From an uncultured Gemmatimonadales bacterium (lineage in GTDB: Bacteria > Gemmatimonadota > Gemmatimonadetes > Longimicrobiales > RSA9), in the NCBI GenBank assembly GCA_963708135.1, contig OY970192.1, positions 384,001 through 448,000 of the forward strand: DNA of 64,000 nucleotides. Reading direction: 5' to 3'. This document shows, one piece after another, positions 45,645 to 55,617 of the stretch; position 1 is the first letter of the stretch; each line of letters starts with the position of its first letter. The translations under genes and the position numbers were made by a program. The notes beneath the pieces are model-generated. The model had not been told where the DNA came from. It ran no database searches and saw nothing but the letters and a program-made list of their open reading frames with translations.

Positions 45645-47555
45645 TTGAACGTGTTCAGGATTCGCCTGGTGTCCGACGTCGCCGCGGCCGAGACCGCCGA
45701 TACCGTGGCGCAGGTCCAGCAGATCCTGCGCGCGCAGTTCCCTGGGCTCTCCAGCCGCGACATCGCGGCGCTGCCCGACCGCCTGCGCGGGCGGCCACGC
45801 AGCCGGTTCCGCCTGCGGCTGCTGGTGGCCGAGGATTGGCGCCGGCAGGCGCGCGGCTTCGCGTTGCTGCTGCACGAGCCGCGGCTCCACTTCTCGCTGC
45901 TGGAGTACATCTCGGCCGCCCGACACCGCACGGGCGGCGGGATCGGCGGCGCGCTCTACGAACGGGTGCGGGCGGAGGCCGGCGCGCTCGGGGCGGACGC
46001 GCTCTTCCTGGAGGGCCTGCCGGACGACCCGGCACTCTGCGGGGATGCCTCGCTGCTCGAGCAGAACGCGGCGCGCCTCCGCTTCTACGAGCTGTACGGC
46101 GTGCGTCCGCTCGAGCTCCCCGGCTACCGCCTGCCGGTCGGGCCGAAGGACACCTGCCCGCCGTTCCTGCTCTACGACGACCTGGGCAGCGGCGCTCCGC
46201 TGCGGCGGGCGCGGGCGCGGCAGGTGGTGCGCGCGATCCTGGTGGGGAAGTACGGCGAGCTGACGGACGAGGCGTACCGGAAGCGGGTGCTGGCGAGCAT
46301 CACGGAGGACCCGGTGCCGGTGCGGGAGGCGAGGTATGTCGCGGCATCCCGCCGGAACGGAGAGAGGCGGGCGGGGGGACGGCAGGGTGAGGGCGAGGGT
46401 ACGGGTGCGGGTGGCAGGCCCGAGGTCCGGGCGAGCGCGCCCGCGGGAGAGGGCGCGCGGGGGGCGGAGCGGCGGAGCGGCGAAGATCGCCGCGGGGCGG
46501 GGGCGCTGGTGGTGAACGAGGGGCACCAGGTTCATCACGTCCGGGAGCGAGGGTACGTCGAGTCGCCGGTGCGCCTCCCGTCCATCCTGCGCGCGCTGGA
46601 GGCGGCGGAGTGGTTCCGTCGCGTGGCGGCGCGGCACTGGGGGGAGGACCACGTGAAGGCGATCCACGATCCCGATTTCGTGGACTACCTGAAGAAGATC
46701 TGCCTCTCGATGGGGCCGAATGCGCGCTCGGTCTACCCGTACGTCTTTCCGATCCGGAACGTGGCGCGGCCGCCGAAGGACCTGTCGATTCGGGCGGGCT
46801 ACTACTGCATCGACACGTTCACGCCGCTGAACCGGAACGCCTACCTGGCGGCCCGGGGAGCGGTGGACTGCGCGTTGACGGCGGCGGAGCTCGTCCTGAA
46901 CGGTACGAGCGTGGCGTACGCGCTCGTGCGGCCACCGGGGCACCACGCGGAGCGGCGCTCGTTCGGCGGCTTCTGCTACTTCAACTCGACGGCGGCGGCG
47001 GCGCACTACCTCTCCCGCTTCGGGCGGGTGGCGATCCTGGACGTGGACTACCACCACGGCAACGGGCAGCAGGACATCTTCTACGCGCGCGGCGACGTGC
47101 TGACCGTCTCGATCCACGGCCACCCGAGCTTCGCCTATCCGTACTTCAGCGGCTTCCCGGAGGAGGAGGGGGAGGGCGAGGGTAAGGGGGTGAACCTGAA
47201 CCTGGCGCTCCCGGAGGCGGTGGACGGCGCGCGCTACCGGACGGAGCTCGGCCGCGCGCTGCGGCGCATCGAGGCGTTCGCGCCGCGCTTCCTCGTGGTG
47301 GCGCTCGGGCTCGACCCCGCGCGCGGCGACCCGACCGGCACATGGTCGCTCACCGGCACGGACTTCGAGAAGAACGGGGCGCTCATCGCGGGGCTGGGGC
47401 TGCCGACTCTGGTGGTGCAGGAGGGCGGCTACCGGACGCGTTCACTGGGCGTCAATGCGCGCCGCTTCTTCGCGGGGCTCTTCTCGGCCGGAGACGCGGG
47501 CGACGCGGCGCGGCCGGATCGGGCGGGGCCGGCTCGGCCGCCCGGGAAGAAGTGA
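45645..47555 (+). CDS. GNAT acetyltransferase-like domain fused to a Zn-dependent deacetylase (acetylpolyamine amidohydrolase-like) domain
   Basis: N-terminus LEYIS..RTGGGIGGALY..LFLE..RLRFYELYG; C-terminus RPPGHHA, GGFCYFN, LDVDYHHGNG, LGLD..GDP, QEGGY. Confidence 0.88.
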   Translation: MNVFRIRLVSDVAAAETADTVAQVQQILRAQFPGLSSRDIAALPDRLRGRPRSRFRLRLLVAEDWRRQARGFALLLHEPRLHFSLLEYISAARHRTGGGIGGALYERVRAEAGALGADALFLEGLPDDPALCGDASLLEQNAARLRFYELYGVRPLELPGYRLPVGPKDTCPPFLLYDDLGSGAPLRRARARQVVRAILVGKYGELTDEAYRKRVLASITEDPVPVREARYVAASRRNGERRAGGRQGEGEGTGAGGRPEVRASAPAGEGARGAERRSGEDRRGAGALVVNEGHQVHHVRERGYVESPVRLPSILRALEAAEWFRRVAARHWGEDHVKAIHDPDFVDYLKKICLSMGPNARSVYPYVFPIRNVARPPKDLSIRAGYYCIDTFTPLNRNAYLAARGAVDCALTAAELVLNGTSVAYALVRPPGHHAERRSFGGFCYFNSTAAAAHYLSRFGRVAILDVDYHHGNGQQDIFYARGDVLTVSIHGHPSFAYPYFSGFPEEEGEGEGKGVNLNLALPEAVDGARYRTELGRALRRIEAFAPRFLVVALGLDPARGDPTGTWSLTGTDFEKNGALIAGLGLPTLVVQEGGYRTRSLGVNARRFFAGLFSAGDAGDAARPDRAGPARPPGKK

Positions 47556-47706
47556 CGCGGGACGGGGCGTGACGGCCGGCGGCGGCGATGGTAGCTTGGG
47601 CAGGCCGTGCCGGCGGCCGCGTAGTGCGCCCCGGCACGGCGGTCCGCGCCGCACGGGGGCACGCCCGCCTCCGCCGCCCGGGCTTCCCCCGACGAAGGAA
47701 GGAGCC

Positions 47707-50625
47707 ATGCCCGCTCATCCCCGCCTCCGCCTGATTCTCGCCTGCACCGTCGTCCTCGTCCCCGCGGCAGCCAGGGCCCAGGCGCCGACGGGCCCGTTCC
47801 GGGAGCTCGCGTTCCGCTCGATCGGCCCGGCCGTGATGGGCGGCCGGATCCACGACGTGGAGGCGCTGCCGGGCGACGCGTCGACGGTCTACGTCGCCTC
47901 GGCCACGGGCGGGCTGTGGAAGTCGGTGAACCACGGCACGACCTGGACCCCGGTCTTCGACGGCCAGCCGACTGGCACGTTCGGCGTGGTGGCGATCGCG
48001 CCATCGGATGCGAGCATCGTGTGGGCGGGCACCGGAGAGCAGAACAACCGGCAGAGCAGCTCGTGGGGGGACGGCGTCTTCCGCTCGACCGACGGCGGCG
48101 CGACCTGGACGCACGTGGGGCTCGAGGCGACACGCGCGATCGGCCGGATCGTGGTGGACCCGAAGGATCCGGCGGTGGCCTGGGTCGCCGCGCTGGGCAA
48201 CCTGTGGAAGCCCTCCGCCGAGCGGGGCGTGTTCAAGACCACCGACGGCGGGCGCACGTGGAAGAAGAGCCTGTTCGTGGACACGCTCACGGGCGTGGTG
48301 GACCTGGTCATGGACCCGGACGATCCGGGAACGCTCTACGCCGCGGCGTACCAGCGGCTGCGCACCCCCTGCTGCTTCAACGGCGGTGGGCCGGGGAGCG
48401 GGATCTATCGCACGAGGGATGGCGGCGCCACCTGGACGAAGCTCGCGGGCGGGCTGCCGGCCGGGGACCTCGGCCGTATCGGGCTGGCCATCGCGGCGAG
48501 CAGCGGCAAGCGCGTCTACGCGGTGATCGAGCACGCCGGCGCGGGCGGGGTCTACCGGACGGACGACGCCGGCGAGCACTGGACGCGCACCAGCTCGCTC
48601 GATCCGCGGCCAATGTACTACAGCTCGATCGCCGTGGATCCGACCAACGCGGACCGCGTCTACATGATGAGCCGCTGGTTCTATCGCAGCGACGACGCCG
48701 GGAAGACGTGGCGCACCATGCCCACGGAGCCGACATACGACGTGGGGCTCAAGGGCGATTACCACGCCATGTGGATCGACCCACGCAACCCACGCCACTT
48801 CTACCTGGCCGGCGACGGCGGGCTGTACCAGAGCTGGGACATGGGCGCCACCTACAACCGGATCAACAACCTGCCGATCGGCCAGTTCTACGGGATCGGT
48901 CTCGATGACGAGACGCCGTACCGCGTCTACGGCGGGATGCAGGACGACCACTCGTGGTTCGGGCCCAGCGCCACGCGGCACTACCTGGGCATCGTGGACG
49001 GCGACTGGCGCGAGATCGGCTTCAACGACGGGCTGAATCCCTCGGTGGACCTGTCCGGGAGCCGCACCGTCTACAGCAACGCCGTGGAGGGCGACCTCAC
49101 GCGCGTGGACGCCCACACGGGCGACCGCGCGGACATCCACCCGCAGCCGGCGCCCGGAGAGAAGCCCTACCGCTTCGAGTGGATCACGCCCGGCACGGCC
49201 TCGGGCCACACGCCGGGGACCTACTACTACGGCGGCAACCGCCTCTTCATCACCCGTGACGCGGGGCGCACCTGGGAGGCGACGAAGGACCTCACGCGCC
49301 AGGTCAACCGCGACACCGTGGTCGTGATGGGCGTGGCGGACGCGAAGATCACGCTCTCGCGCAACGACGGGCAGGGCGCCTTCAGCGCCCTCTCCGCCAT
49401 CGACGAGAGCCCGCTCGACGCGCGCGTGCTCTGGGTCGGCACCGATGATGGCAACCTCCAGGTCTCGCGCGACGGCGGCACCACCTGGACGGAGGTCGGC
49501 CGCAACGTGAAGGGGGTGCCCGACGGGACCTACGTCAGCCGCGTGGCCGCGTCGGGCGAGGGGGCAGGCGTGGCGTACGTCGCCTTCGACGACCACCGGC
49601 GGGGGGACTTCCGGCCCTACGTGTTCCGCACCACCGACTTCGGCGCGAGCTGGACCCCGCTCTCCGCGGGGCTGCCGGAGGACGGGTCGGCGCGCCTCGT
49701 GATGGCCTGGCCCCATCATCCCGGCACGGTGCTGCTCGGCACGGAGCACGCGCTCTTCCTCTCGACCGACCGCGGCGCCCACTGGGACCGGCTGGGGGCG
49801 AACCTGCCCACCACGCTCTACCTGGACGCGAAGGTCCAGCCGCGCACGGGCGACCTGGTCGTGGCCACCCACGGCCGCAGCCTCTGGATCCTCAATGACG
49901 CGACGCCCCTCGCCACCTGGTCGCCGGCCATGGCGGCGCAGCCCGCGCACCTCTTCCCGGCCCGGCCCGCCACGATCTACCAGCACTGGGAGGACTACTC
50001 CTACCGCGGGCAGGACTTCTTCGCGGGCGAGAACCCGCCCGTCGGCGCCATCCTCGACTACACGCTGGCCAGGCCCGCCGACAGCGTCCGGATCACGATC
50101 CGGAACGCCGCCGGCCAGGTGGTGCGCACGCTCGCTGGCCCGGGCGGCGCCGGCGTGGTGCACCGCGTCGTCTGGGACCTGCGCCACGAGCCGCCGCCCT
50201 CCGAGCCGGACACCAACCAGGCGACGCTGGCCGCGCTTCCTCGCCCGCCCCGGCCGATCGCGCCGCAGGGCCCGTTCGTCTCGCCGGGCACGTACGGCGT
50301 CACCCTCGAGGCCGGCGGCGTGAAGACCACCGGCACCGTCCACGTGGACGGCGACCCCGAGATGCCGCTCACGCTCGCACAGTACCGGGACCGGGAGGCG
50401 TTCCTCGTGGACCTGCTGGGCGTTCAGGAGCGCGCCTACGCGCAGGCGCGCCAGGCCCAGGGCCCCGCGCGGGCGGCGGCGAGGCGGCTCCAGTTCCGGG
50501 CGTACGCGCTGGCGTCCGACTTCAACGGCCGCGGCGCCGTGCAGGGCACGCTCCACCCGCCCACCGCCGCCCAGCGGCGGGAGCTGGCCGCGCTGAAGGC
50601 GGGGCTCGCGGCTGCCGCTCGTTAG
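47707..50625 (+). CDS. Secreted BNR/Asp-box (VPS10/sortilin-like) beta-propeller protein, putative glycosyl hydrolase
   Basis: AAGGAG RBS; FRSIGPAVMGGRI; many S/TxDGGxTW Asp-boxes; GGMQD; ATHGRSLWIL. Confidence 0.9.
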   Translation: MPAHPRLRLILACTVVLVPAAARAQAPTGPFRELAFRSIGPAVMGGRIHDVEALPGDASTVYVASATGGLWKSVNHGTTWTPVFDGQPTGTFGVVAIAPSDASIVWAGTGEQNNRQSSSWGDGVFRSTDGGATWTHVGLEATRAIGRIVVDPKDPAVAWVAALGNLWKPSAERGVFKTTDGGRTWKKSLFVDTLTGVVDLVMDPDDPGTLYAAAYQRLRTPCCFNGGGPGSGIYRTRDGGATWTKLAGGLPAGDLGRIGLAIAASSGKRVYAVIEHAGAGGVYRTDDAGEHWTRTSSLDPRPMYYSSIAVDPTNADRVYMMSRWFYRSDDAGKTWRTMPTEPTYDVGLKGDYHAMWIDPRNPRHFYLAGDGGLYQSWDMGATYNRINNLPIGQFYGIGLDDETPYRVYGGMQDDHSWFGPSATRHYLGIVDGDWREIGFNDGLNPSVDLSGSRTVYSNAVEGDLTRVDAHTGDRADIHPQPAPGEKPYRFEWITPGTASGHTPGTYYYGGNRLFITRDAGRTWEATKDLTRQVNRDTVVVMGVADAKITLSRNDGQGAFSALSAIDESPLDARVLWVGTDDGNLQVSRDGGTTWTEVGRNVKGVPDGTYVSRVAASGEGAGVAYVAFDDHRRGDFRPYVFRTTDFGASWTPLSAGLPEDGSARLVMAWPHHPGTVLLGTEHALFLSTDRGAHWDRLGANLPTTLYLDAKVQPRTGDLVVATHGRSLWILNDATPLATWSPAMAAQPAHLFPARPATIYQHWEDYSYRGQDFFAGENPPVGAILDYTLARPADSVRITIRNAAGQVVRTLAGPGGAGVVHRVVWDLRHEPPPSEPDTNQATLAALPRPPRPIAPQGPFVSPGTYGVTLEAGGVKTTGTVHVDGDPEMPLTLAQYRDREAFLVDLLGVQERAYAQARQAQGPARAAARRLQFRAYALASDFNGRGAVQGTLHPPTAAQRRELAALKAGLAAAAR

Positions 50626-50950
50626 CGCCCGGAACAGCGGGTGGGGGAGCTCGCGGGTGCAGGCCTGCGCGCGGGGGGCGACGGGAACTGCGGTGGGGGT
50701 GGGGGTGGGGGTGGGGGTGGGGAAACGGCGGGGGAACTACGGGTGAGGGAACTCGCGGGGGGAGTGGGGGTGGGTCGCGGCGTGTACGCGGCCGGTCTTG
50801 CGGGGTGCAGAACCCGCCAATGGACGGGAGCAGGCGGGTGGGTGGCGGGTTCTGCTCGCCTGGCAGGTACAACCCACCAGGCGATCCGCTGCGGGAAATC
50901 GAGAGGCAGATCGTGACGGCTATGGGTGCAGAAGTCGGATCTCGTTCCCG

Positions 50951-51144
50951 CGGCCGCGTCGACTGGCGCCTTCTGCACGTTCGGCCGCGTCAACTGGCGC
51001 CTTCTGCACGGTCGGCCGCGTCAACTGGCGCCTTCTGCGCGGTCGGCCGCGTCGACTGGCGCCTTCTGCACGGTCGGCCGCGTCGACTGGCGCCTTCTGC
51101 GCGGTCGGCCGCGTCGAATCGGCGCCTTCTGCACGGTCGGCCGC
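50951..51144. repeat. Tandem repeat: six ~31-bp units plus a partial unit
   Basis: Unit CGGCCGCGTC(G/A)ACTGGCGCCTTCTGC(A/G)CG(G/T)T starting at 50951, 50982, 51013, 51044, 51075 and 51106 (32 bp); no spacers. Confidence 0.95.
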
Positions 51145-51344
51145 TCCGATCGTCACCGTCCGCACGGCCGCGCGCGCCGGTTGGCGCGTCCCGGTCCGAC
51201 CGCGCCCGTCTGAGCATCGGAGCGAACCCGCGGGTCGGCGGCCATAGTCCCTCACCCGCGGTGGCCGCGCAGTGTCCCCACCCCTCGCGCCTACCCGCAC
51301 CCCCACCCGCAGTTCCGCAACTCCGGCAGGGCCCGGGCCGGTAC

Positions 51345-54320
51345 CTACTTTCTGCGGGATCCCTTCCGCGCGCGGCGCGGCCTGGAGGGCGCGGCGGCGG
51401 AATCGGTGGGGAGGGGCTCGAAGACGGCCTTGACGATGCGCTCCTGCTCGGCGGCCTGGGCGTTGGCGTAGCCCTCGGCGGGGGCGGCGCGCTCGGGGCG
51501 GCCGACGTAGGCGAGTCGCACGGCGTCGGCAAGGAGGCGGCGGATGCGCGGCTCCATGGACGGCCAGGCGCCCATGTTCTGCGGCTCCTCCTGCGCCCAG
51601 ACGACCTCTTCGAGCGCGGGGTAGCCGGCCAGCGTCTCCTCGAGCTCGGGCCGCGGGAAGGGATAGAGCTGCTCCACGCGGACGAGGGCGACGTTCCCGG
51701 CGCCGCCGCCGTTCTCGGCGCCTTGCTCCCCCTTCGCGCCGGCCTTCTCCCCCTTCGCGCCGGCCTTCTCCCCCTTCGCGCCGGCCTTCTCCCCCTTCGC
51801 GCCGGCCTTCTCCCCCTTCGCGCCGGCCTTCTCCCCCTTCGCAGCGGCTTTGCCTCCGTTGGCCTCGGGCGAGTCGGCGGCCGCGAGCAGGTCGTAGTAG
51901 AACTTGCCGCTGGACAGCACCACGCGGGTCACGGCTTCGCGCCGCTCGTCGGCCGTGGCATCGTCGAGCACGGGGTGGAAGCGGCCGGAGGTCAGCTCGG
52001 CCACGGGAGAGGTCGCCTTCGGGTGGCGGAGCAGGCTCTTGGGCGTGAAGACGACGAGCGGGCGCCGCTCGGCGGCCAGCGCCTGGCGGCGCAGCAGGTG
52101 GAAGTACTGCGCGGGCGTGCTGCAGTTGGCGATGCGCAGGTTGCCTTCCGCGGCGAGCTGGAGGAAGCGCTCGATGCGGGCGCTGGAGTGCTCGGGGCCC
52201 TGGCCCTCGCTGCCGTGCGGGAGCAACAGGGCGAGACGGGCCTCCTGGCCCCACTTGGCCTGGCCGGCGCTGATGAACTGGTCGATGATGACCTGCGCGC
52301 CGTTGGCGAAGTCGCCGAACTGGCCCTCCCACAGCACGAGCGCGTCGGGGGCCGCCACGCTGAAGCCGTACTCGAAGCCCATGGCGGCGAGCTCGGAGAG
52401 CGGGCTGTTGTAGATCTCGAACGGCACCTCGATGCCGGCCACGCCGGCGACGGGGGTGTAGCGCGCGTCGGTGTGGACGTCGTGGAGCACGAGGTGGCGC
52501 TGGCTGAAGGTGCCGCGCTGGGTGTCCTGTCCCGACATCCGGATCGGCCGGCCGTCGAGCAGCAGCGTGCCGAGGGCGAGCGCCTCGGCGTGGGCCCAGT
52601 CGAGGGGCCGGTCGTCGGGCACGGCCGCGCTGCGGCGGCGCAGCTGACGCTCGAGCTTGGGGTGTGGCGAGAAGCCCTCGGGCCAGCTGTGCAGCGCGCG
52701 GTCCACCAGGACGAGCGTGTCCCGCGCGACGGCGGTGGCGGCTTCGGGCTCCGTCTCCGTCCCGGCCGGCGCGCCGCCGTTGCGGCCGGGCTCCTCCGTC
52801 TGGACGTTCTTCTTCACCTCCGCCTGCGCGTCAATGAGGCGCTGGTGGGCGGCCTCCCAGAGTGCCTCGACCTCGTCGGCCGTGACCACGCCGTCGGCCA
52901 CGAGCCGGTCCGCCCAGAGCTTGCGCACGGTGGGGTGCTCGCCGATGGCCTCGTAGAGCACGGGCTGGGTGTAGGCCGGCTCGTCGCCCTCGTTGTGGCC
53001 GTAGCGGCGGTAGCCGATCATGTCGATGACCACATCGCCGTGGAAGCGCGCGCGGTAGTCCATGGCCAGGCGGGCGGCGGCGAGGCAGGCCTCGGGGTCG
53101 TCGGCGTTGACGTGCACGACCGGGATGTCGAAGCCCTTGGCCAGGTCGCTGGCGTAGCGGGTGGAGCGGCCGGAGCGCGGCAGCGTCGTGAACCCGATCT
53201 GGTTGTTCGTGATCAGGTGGAGCGTGCCGCCGGTCCGGTAGCCGTCGAGCTCGGCCATGTTGAGCGTCTCGGGGACGACGCCCTGCCCGGCGAAGGCGGC
53301 GTCGCCGTGCATGAGGACGGGCAGCACCACGTCCTCGTCGCGGACGAGCTCGGGCCGGTGGAGGTCGGTCTGGCGGGCGCGGACCATCCCCTCCACGACG
53401 GGGTCGACGAACTCGAGGTGGCTCGGGTTGGGCGCGAGGGTGACGTCGAGCCGCCGGCCGGAGCGGGTCTCGTAGGTGCCCTCGCCGCCAATGTGGTACT
53501 TCACGTCGCCGTTGCCGATGCCGACGGGGTGGATGCCCTCGAACTCCGCGATGACGCGCTGGTAGGGTGTGCCGAGCAGGTGGGCGAGCACGTTCAGCCG
53601 GCCGCGGTGCGCCATGCCGAGGATGATCTCGCGCGCGCCGGCCGCGGCGCCGCGCTCGATCGCGACGTCCAGCATCGGCACCAGCATGTCGTTGCCCTCG
53701 CCCGAGAAGCGCTTCATCCCGAGATAGGAGCGGTGCAGGAACTGCTCGAAGGCCTCGAGGGCGGTGAGCCGCTCGAGCAGCCGCTTCTTGTCCTCGGCGT
53801 CGAGGGGCTTGCGGTGGGCGCCGCTCTCGATCTGCTCGCGCAGCCAGTGGCGCCGCTCGGGCTCGGCCAGGTGCTCGTACTCGTAGCCAATGGTGCCGCA
53901 GTAGATCTGGCGGTAATAGGCGAGGACGTCGGACACGGTGAGCGCATCGCCCTGGAAGCCGATGGCGGACGCGGGCAGCGTGGCGAGGTCCTCCGCCGTG
54001 ATGCCGTAGAACTCGGGCTGGAGCGTGGGTGGCGGCTCGGGCGCCGGTGCCAGGGGATTCAGCCGCGCGGCCATGTGCCCGCGCAGCCGGTAGGCATCCA
54101 CCAGCTCGGCGGCGCCGACCGCCACGCGCAGCTGCGCGGGCGAGAGGCCGGCGCCGTTCGCGTGGGCCTCGAGGGGGATCAGCCCGTGCTCCGCCGCGTC
54201 GCCGGAGGAGAAGAACCGGCGCCAGGCCTCATCGACCGTTGCCGGGCTCTGCAAATACCGCTCGTACAGCGCCTGCGCGTAGCCGGCGTTGTACGTATCG
54301 AAGCCGTTCCGCTGTCGCAC
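51345..54320 (-). CDS. sucA: 2-oxoglutarate dehydrogenase E1 component
   Basis: KRFSGEG, GMAHRGRLNVL, GDVKYH, NPSHLE, HGDAAFAGQG, NNQIGFTT, WEGQFGDFANGAQ, GPEHSSARIERFLQ, QEEPQNMG. Confidence 0.97.
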   Translation of the reverse strand: MRQRNGFDTYNAGYAQALYERYLQSPATVDEAWRRFFSSGDAAEHGLIPLEAHANGAGLSPAQLRVAVGAAELVDAYRLRGHMAARLNPLAPAPEPPPTLQPEFYGITAEDLATLPASAIGFQGDALTVSDVLAYYRQIYCGTIGYEYEHLAEPERRHWLREQIESGAHRKPLDAEDKKRLLERLTALEAFEQFLHRSYLGMKRFSGEGNDMLVPMLDVAIERGAAAGAREIILGMAHRGRLNVLAHLLGTPYQRVIAEFEGIHPVGIGNGDVKYHIGGEGTYETRSGRRLDVTLAPNPSHLEFVDPVVEGMVRARQTDLHRPELVRDEDVVLPVLMHGDAAFAGQGVVPETLNMAELDGYRTGGTLHLITNNQIGFTTLPRSGRSTRYASDLAKGFDIPVVHVNADDPEACLAAARLAMDYRARFHGDVVIDMIGYRRYGHNEGDEPAYTQPVLYEAIGEHPTVRKLWADRLVADGVVTADEVEALWEAAHQRLIDAQAEVKKNVQTEEPGRNGGAPAGTETEPEAATAVARDTLVLVDRALHSWPEGFSPHPKLERQLRRRSAAVPDDRPLDWAHAEALALGTLLLDGRPIRMSGQDTQRGTFSQRHLVLHDVHTDARYTPVAGVAGIEVPFEIYNSPLSELAAMGFEYGFSVAAPDALVLWEGQFGDFANGAQVIIDQFISAGQAKWGQEARLALLLPHGSEGQGPEHSSARIERFLQLAAEGNLRIANCSTPAQYFHLLRRQALAAERRPLVVFTPKSLLRHPKATSPVAELTSGRFHPVLDDATADERREAVTRVVLSSGKFYYDLLAAADSPEANGGKAAAKGEKAGAKGEKAGAKGEKAGAKGEKAGAKGEKAGAKGEQGAENGGGAGNVALVRVEQLYPFPRPELEETLAGYPALEEVVWAQEEPQNMGAWPSMEPRIRRLLADAVRLAYVGRPERAAPAEGYANAQAAEQERIVKAVFEPLPTDSAAAPSRPRRARKGSRRK
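51726..51842 (-). repeat. In-frame 21-bp VNTR inside sucA encoding (KAGAKGE)n
   Basis: CTCCCCCTTCGCGCCGGCCTT x5 (51726-51830) plus a partial unit. Confidence 0.95.
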
Positions 54321-54694
54321 GATGTCTCTTCCGTTCCGGCCGGGTTTCCACGTCGAACGGGTTCAGGTGTACCCCGCGCGACGGGCCGCGTTCGCTCGCG
54401 GCCCGATTCGCCGCCACGCGGCCGCGTTTGGCGCGCGGCGCCCCCCGGCAAAGGGCGTCAGTATGGGGCGGGGCGAGCGGGAAGTCCAGCGCCCGCGAGG
54501 CCGCTCCGGCCCGGGTGACGGGGAGCAACATCCACGCCGGTCGGGGCCGGGAGGCGCACAGGGGGCGCAGGCGTGGGGATTGTGTCGCGGCGCCGAAAAG
54601 GCGAACTTGGGCGCCGCCGAGCCCGATGCCGGACCCCCGGCCGCTGCTGGCGGTCGGCCGGAGAACCCAGCCTGAGGACGGAAGCGAGGCGGCC

Positions 54695-55585
54695 ATGGGC
54701 ATGCAGATCGGAATCCGCGGGGCGCCGCTGCTCGCGCTGGCGATGGCCGCCGCCTGCGGCCGCGGCGGCGACGGCGGTGCGGGCGCCGCGGCGGCGACGC
54801 CGGCTGCCGGCCTGCGCCGCGCGCCGCGCATCGCGCTCTTCCACGGCTCCCGTCCATTCACGCTGGCCTCGGCGCTGCGGCGCCCGGACCGGCCGATCGG
54901 GTCCGTGGGGCTGCGGGCGCTGGCGGGCATCGCGCCCGGGTCGGGTGCGGGCGCCCTGCCGCTCATCCTCGCGCAGCCCCGCCGGGAGGGCTACCTCTCG
55001 CTGCCGCGCAGCCTGCTGGCGGCGCGCGCCCTGGAGTCCGGGGATGCGCCGGCGGACTACGCCGCTCCGAGCGATGCGGACGCGGACGGGATGGCGGCCG
55101 GAGCACCGCTCGTCGGCCTCGCCGCACGGCCGGCGGCGCTCGACGACATCGTGATCCCGGTGGTCGGGATCCTCGGCTCCCGGCTGCGCGACAGCTTCCG
55201 CTCCCCCCGGATCGGCCACGTGCACCACGCCATCGACATCATCGCGCGGCGCGGCACGCCCGTGGTGGCGGCCGTGGACGGCACGGTCGAACTGATGAAG
55301 TGGGATCACGGCGGCGGCCGGACGGTCCGGCTGCTGGATGCCACCCGCCGCTACATCCTCTACTACGCCCACCTGAGCGGCTACGCCGCCGGCCTCGCCG
55401 AGGGCGACACCGTGCGGGAGGGTCGGGTCATCGGCTACGTCGGCCACACCGGCCACGTCATCGGCTCCTCGCACCTCCACTTCCGCATCGGCCGCGTGGA
55501 CGACCCCGCGGAGTGGTGGAAGGACCGCCCGCTGGATCCGTATCCGCTGCTCAGGGACGCGGAGCCCGCCGATACGGTCCACTAG
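54695..55585 (+). CDS. M23 family metallopeptidase (lipoprotein-like N-terminus)
   Basis: HHAIDI, GTPVVAAVDG, YYAHL, IGYVG, HLHF; LALAMAAAC lipobox-like. Confidence 0.88.
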   Translation: MGMQIGIRGAPLLALAMAAACGRGGDGGAGAAAATPAAGLRRAPRIALFHGSRPFTLASALRRPDRPIGSVGLRALAGIAPGSGAGALPLILAQPRREGYLSLPRSLLAARALESGDAPADYAAPSDADADGMAAGAPLVGLAARPAALDDIVIPVVGILGSRLRDSFRSPRIGHVHHAIDIIARRGTPVVAAVDGTVELMKWDHGGGRTVRLLDATRRYILYYAHLSGYAAGLAEGDTVREGRVIGYVGHTGHVIGSSHLHFRIGRVDDPAEWWKDRPLDPYPLLRDAEPADTVH

Positions 55586-55617
55586 CCGCGCGCCGGCGGC
55601 TCCACCCGAACGAGGAG

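Noticed and set aside
50951..51144. CRISPR array (31-bp repeats)
   Set aside because: Units are head-to-tail with no unique spacers, and no cas genes are present in the window.
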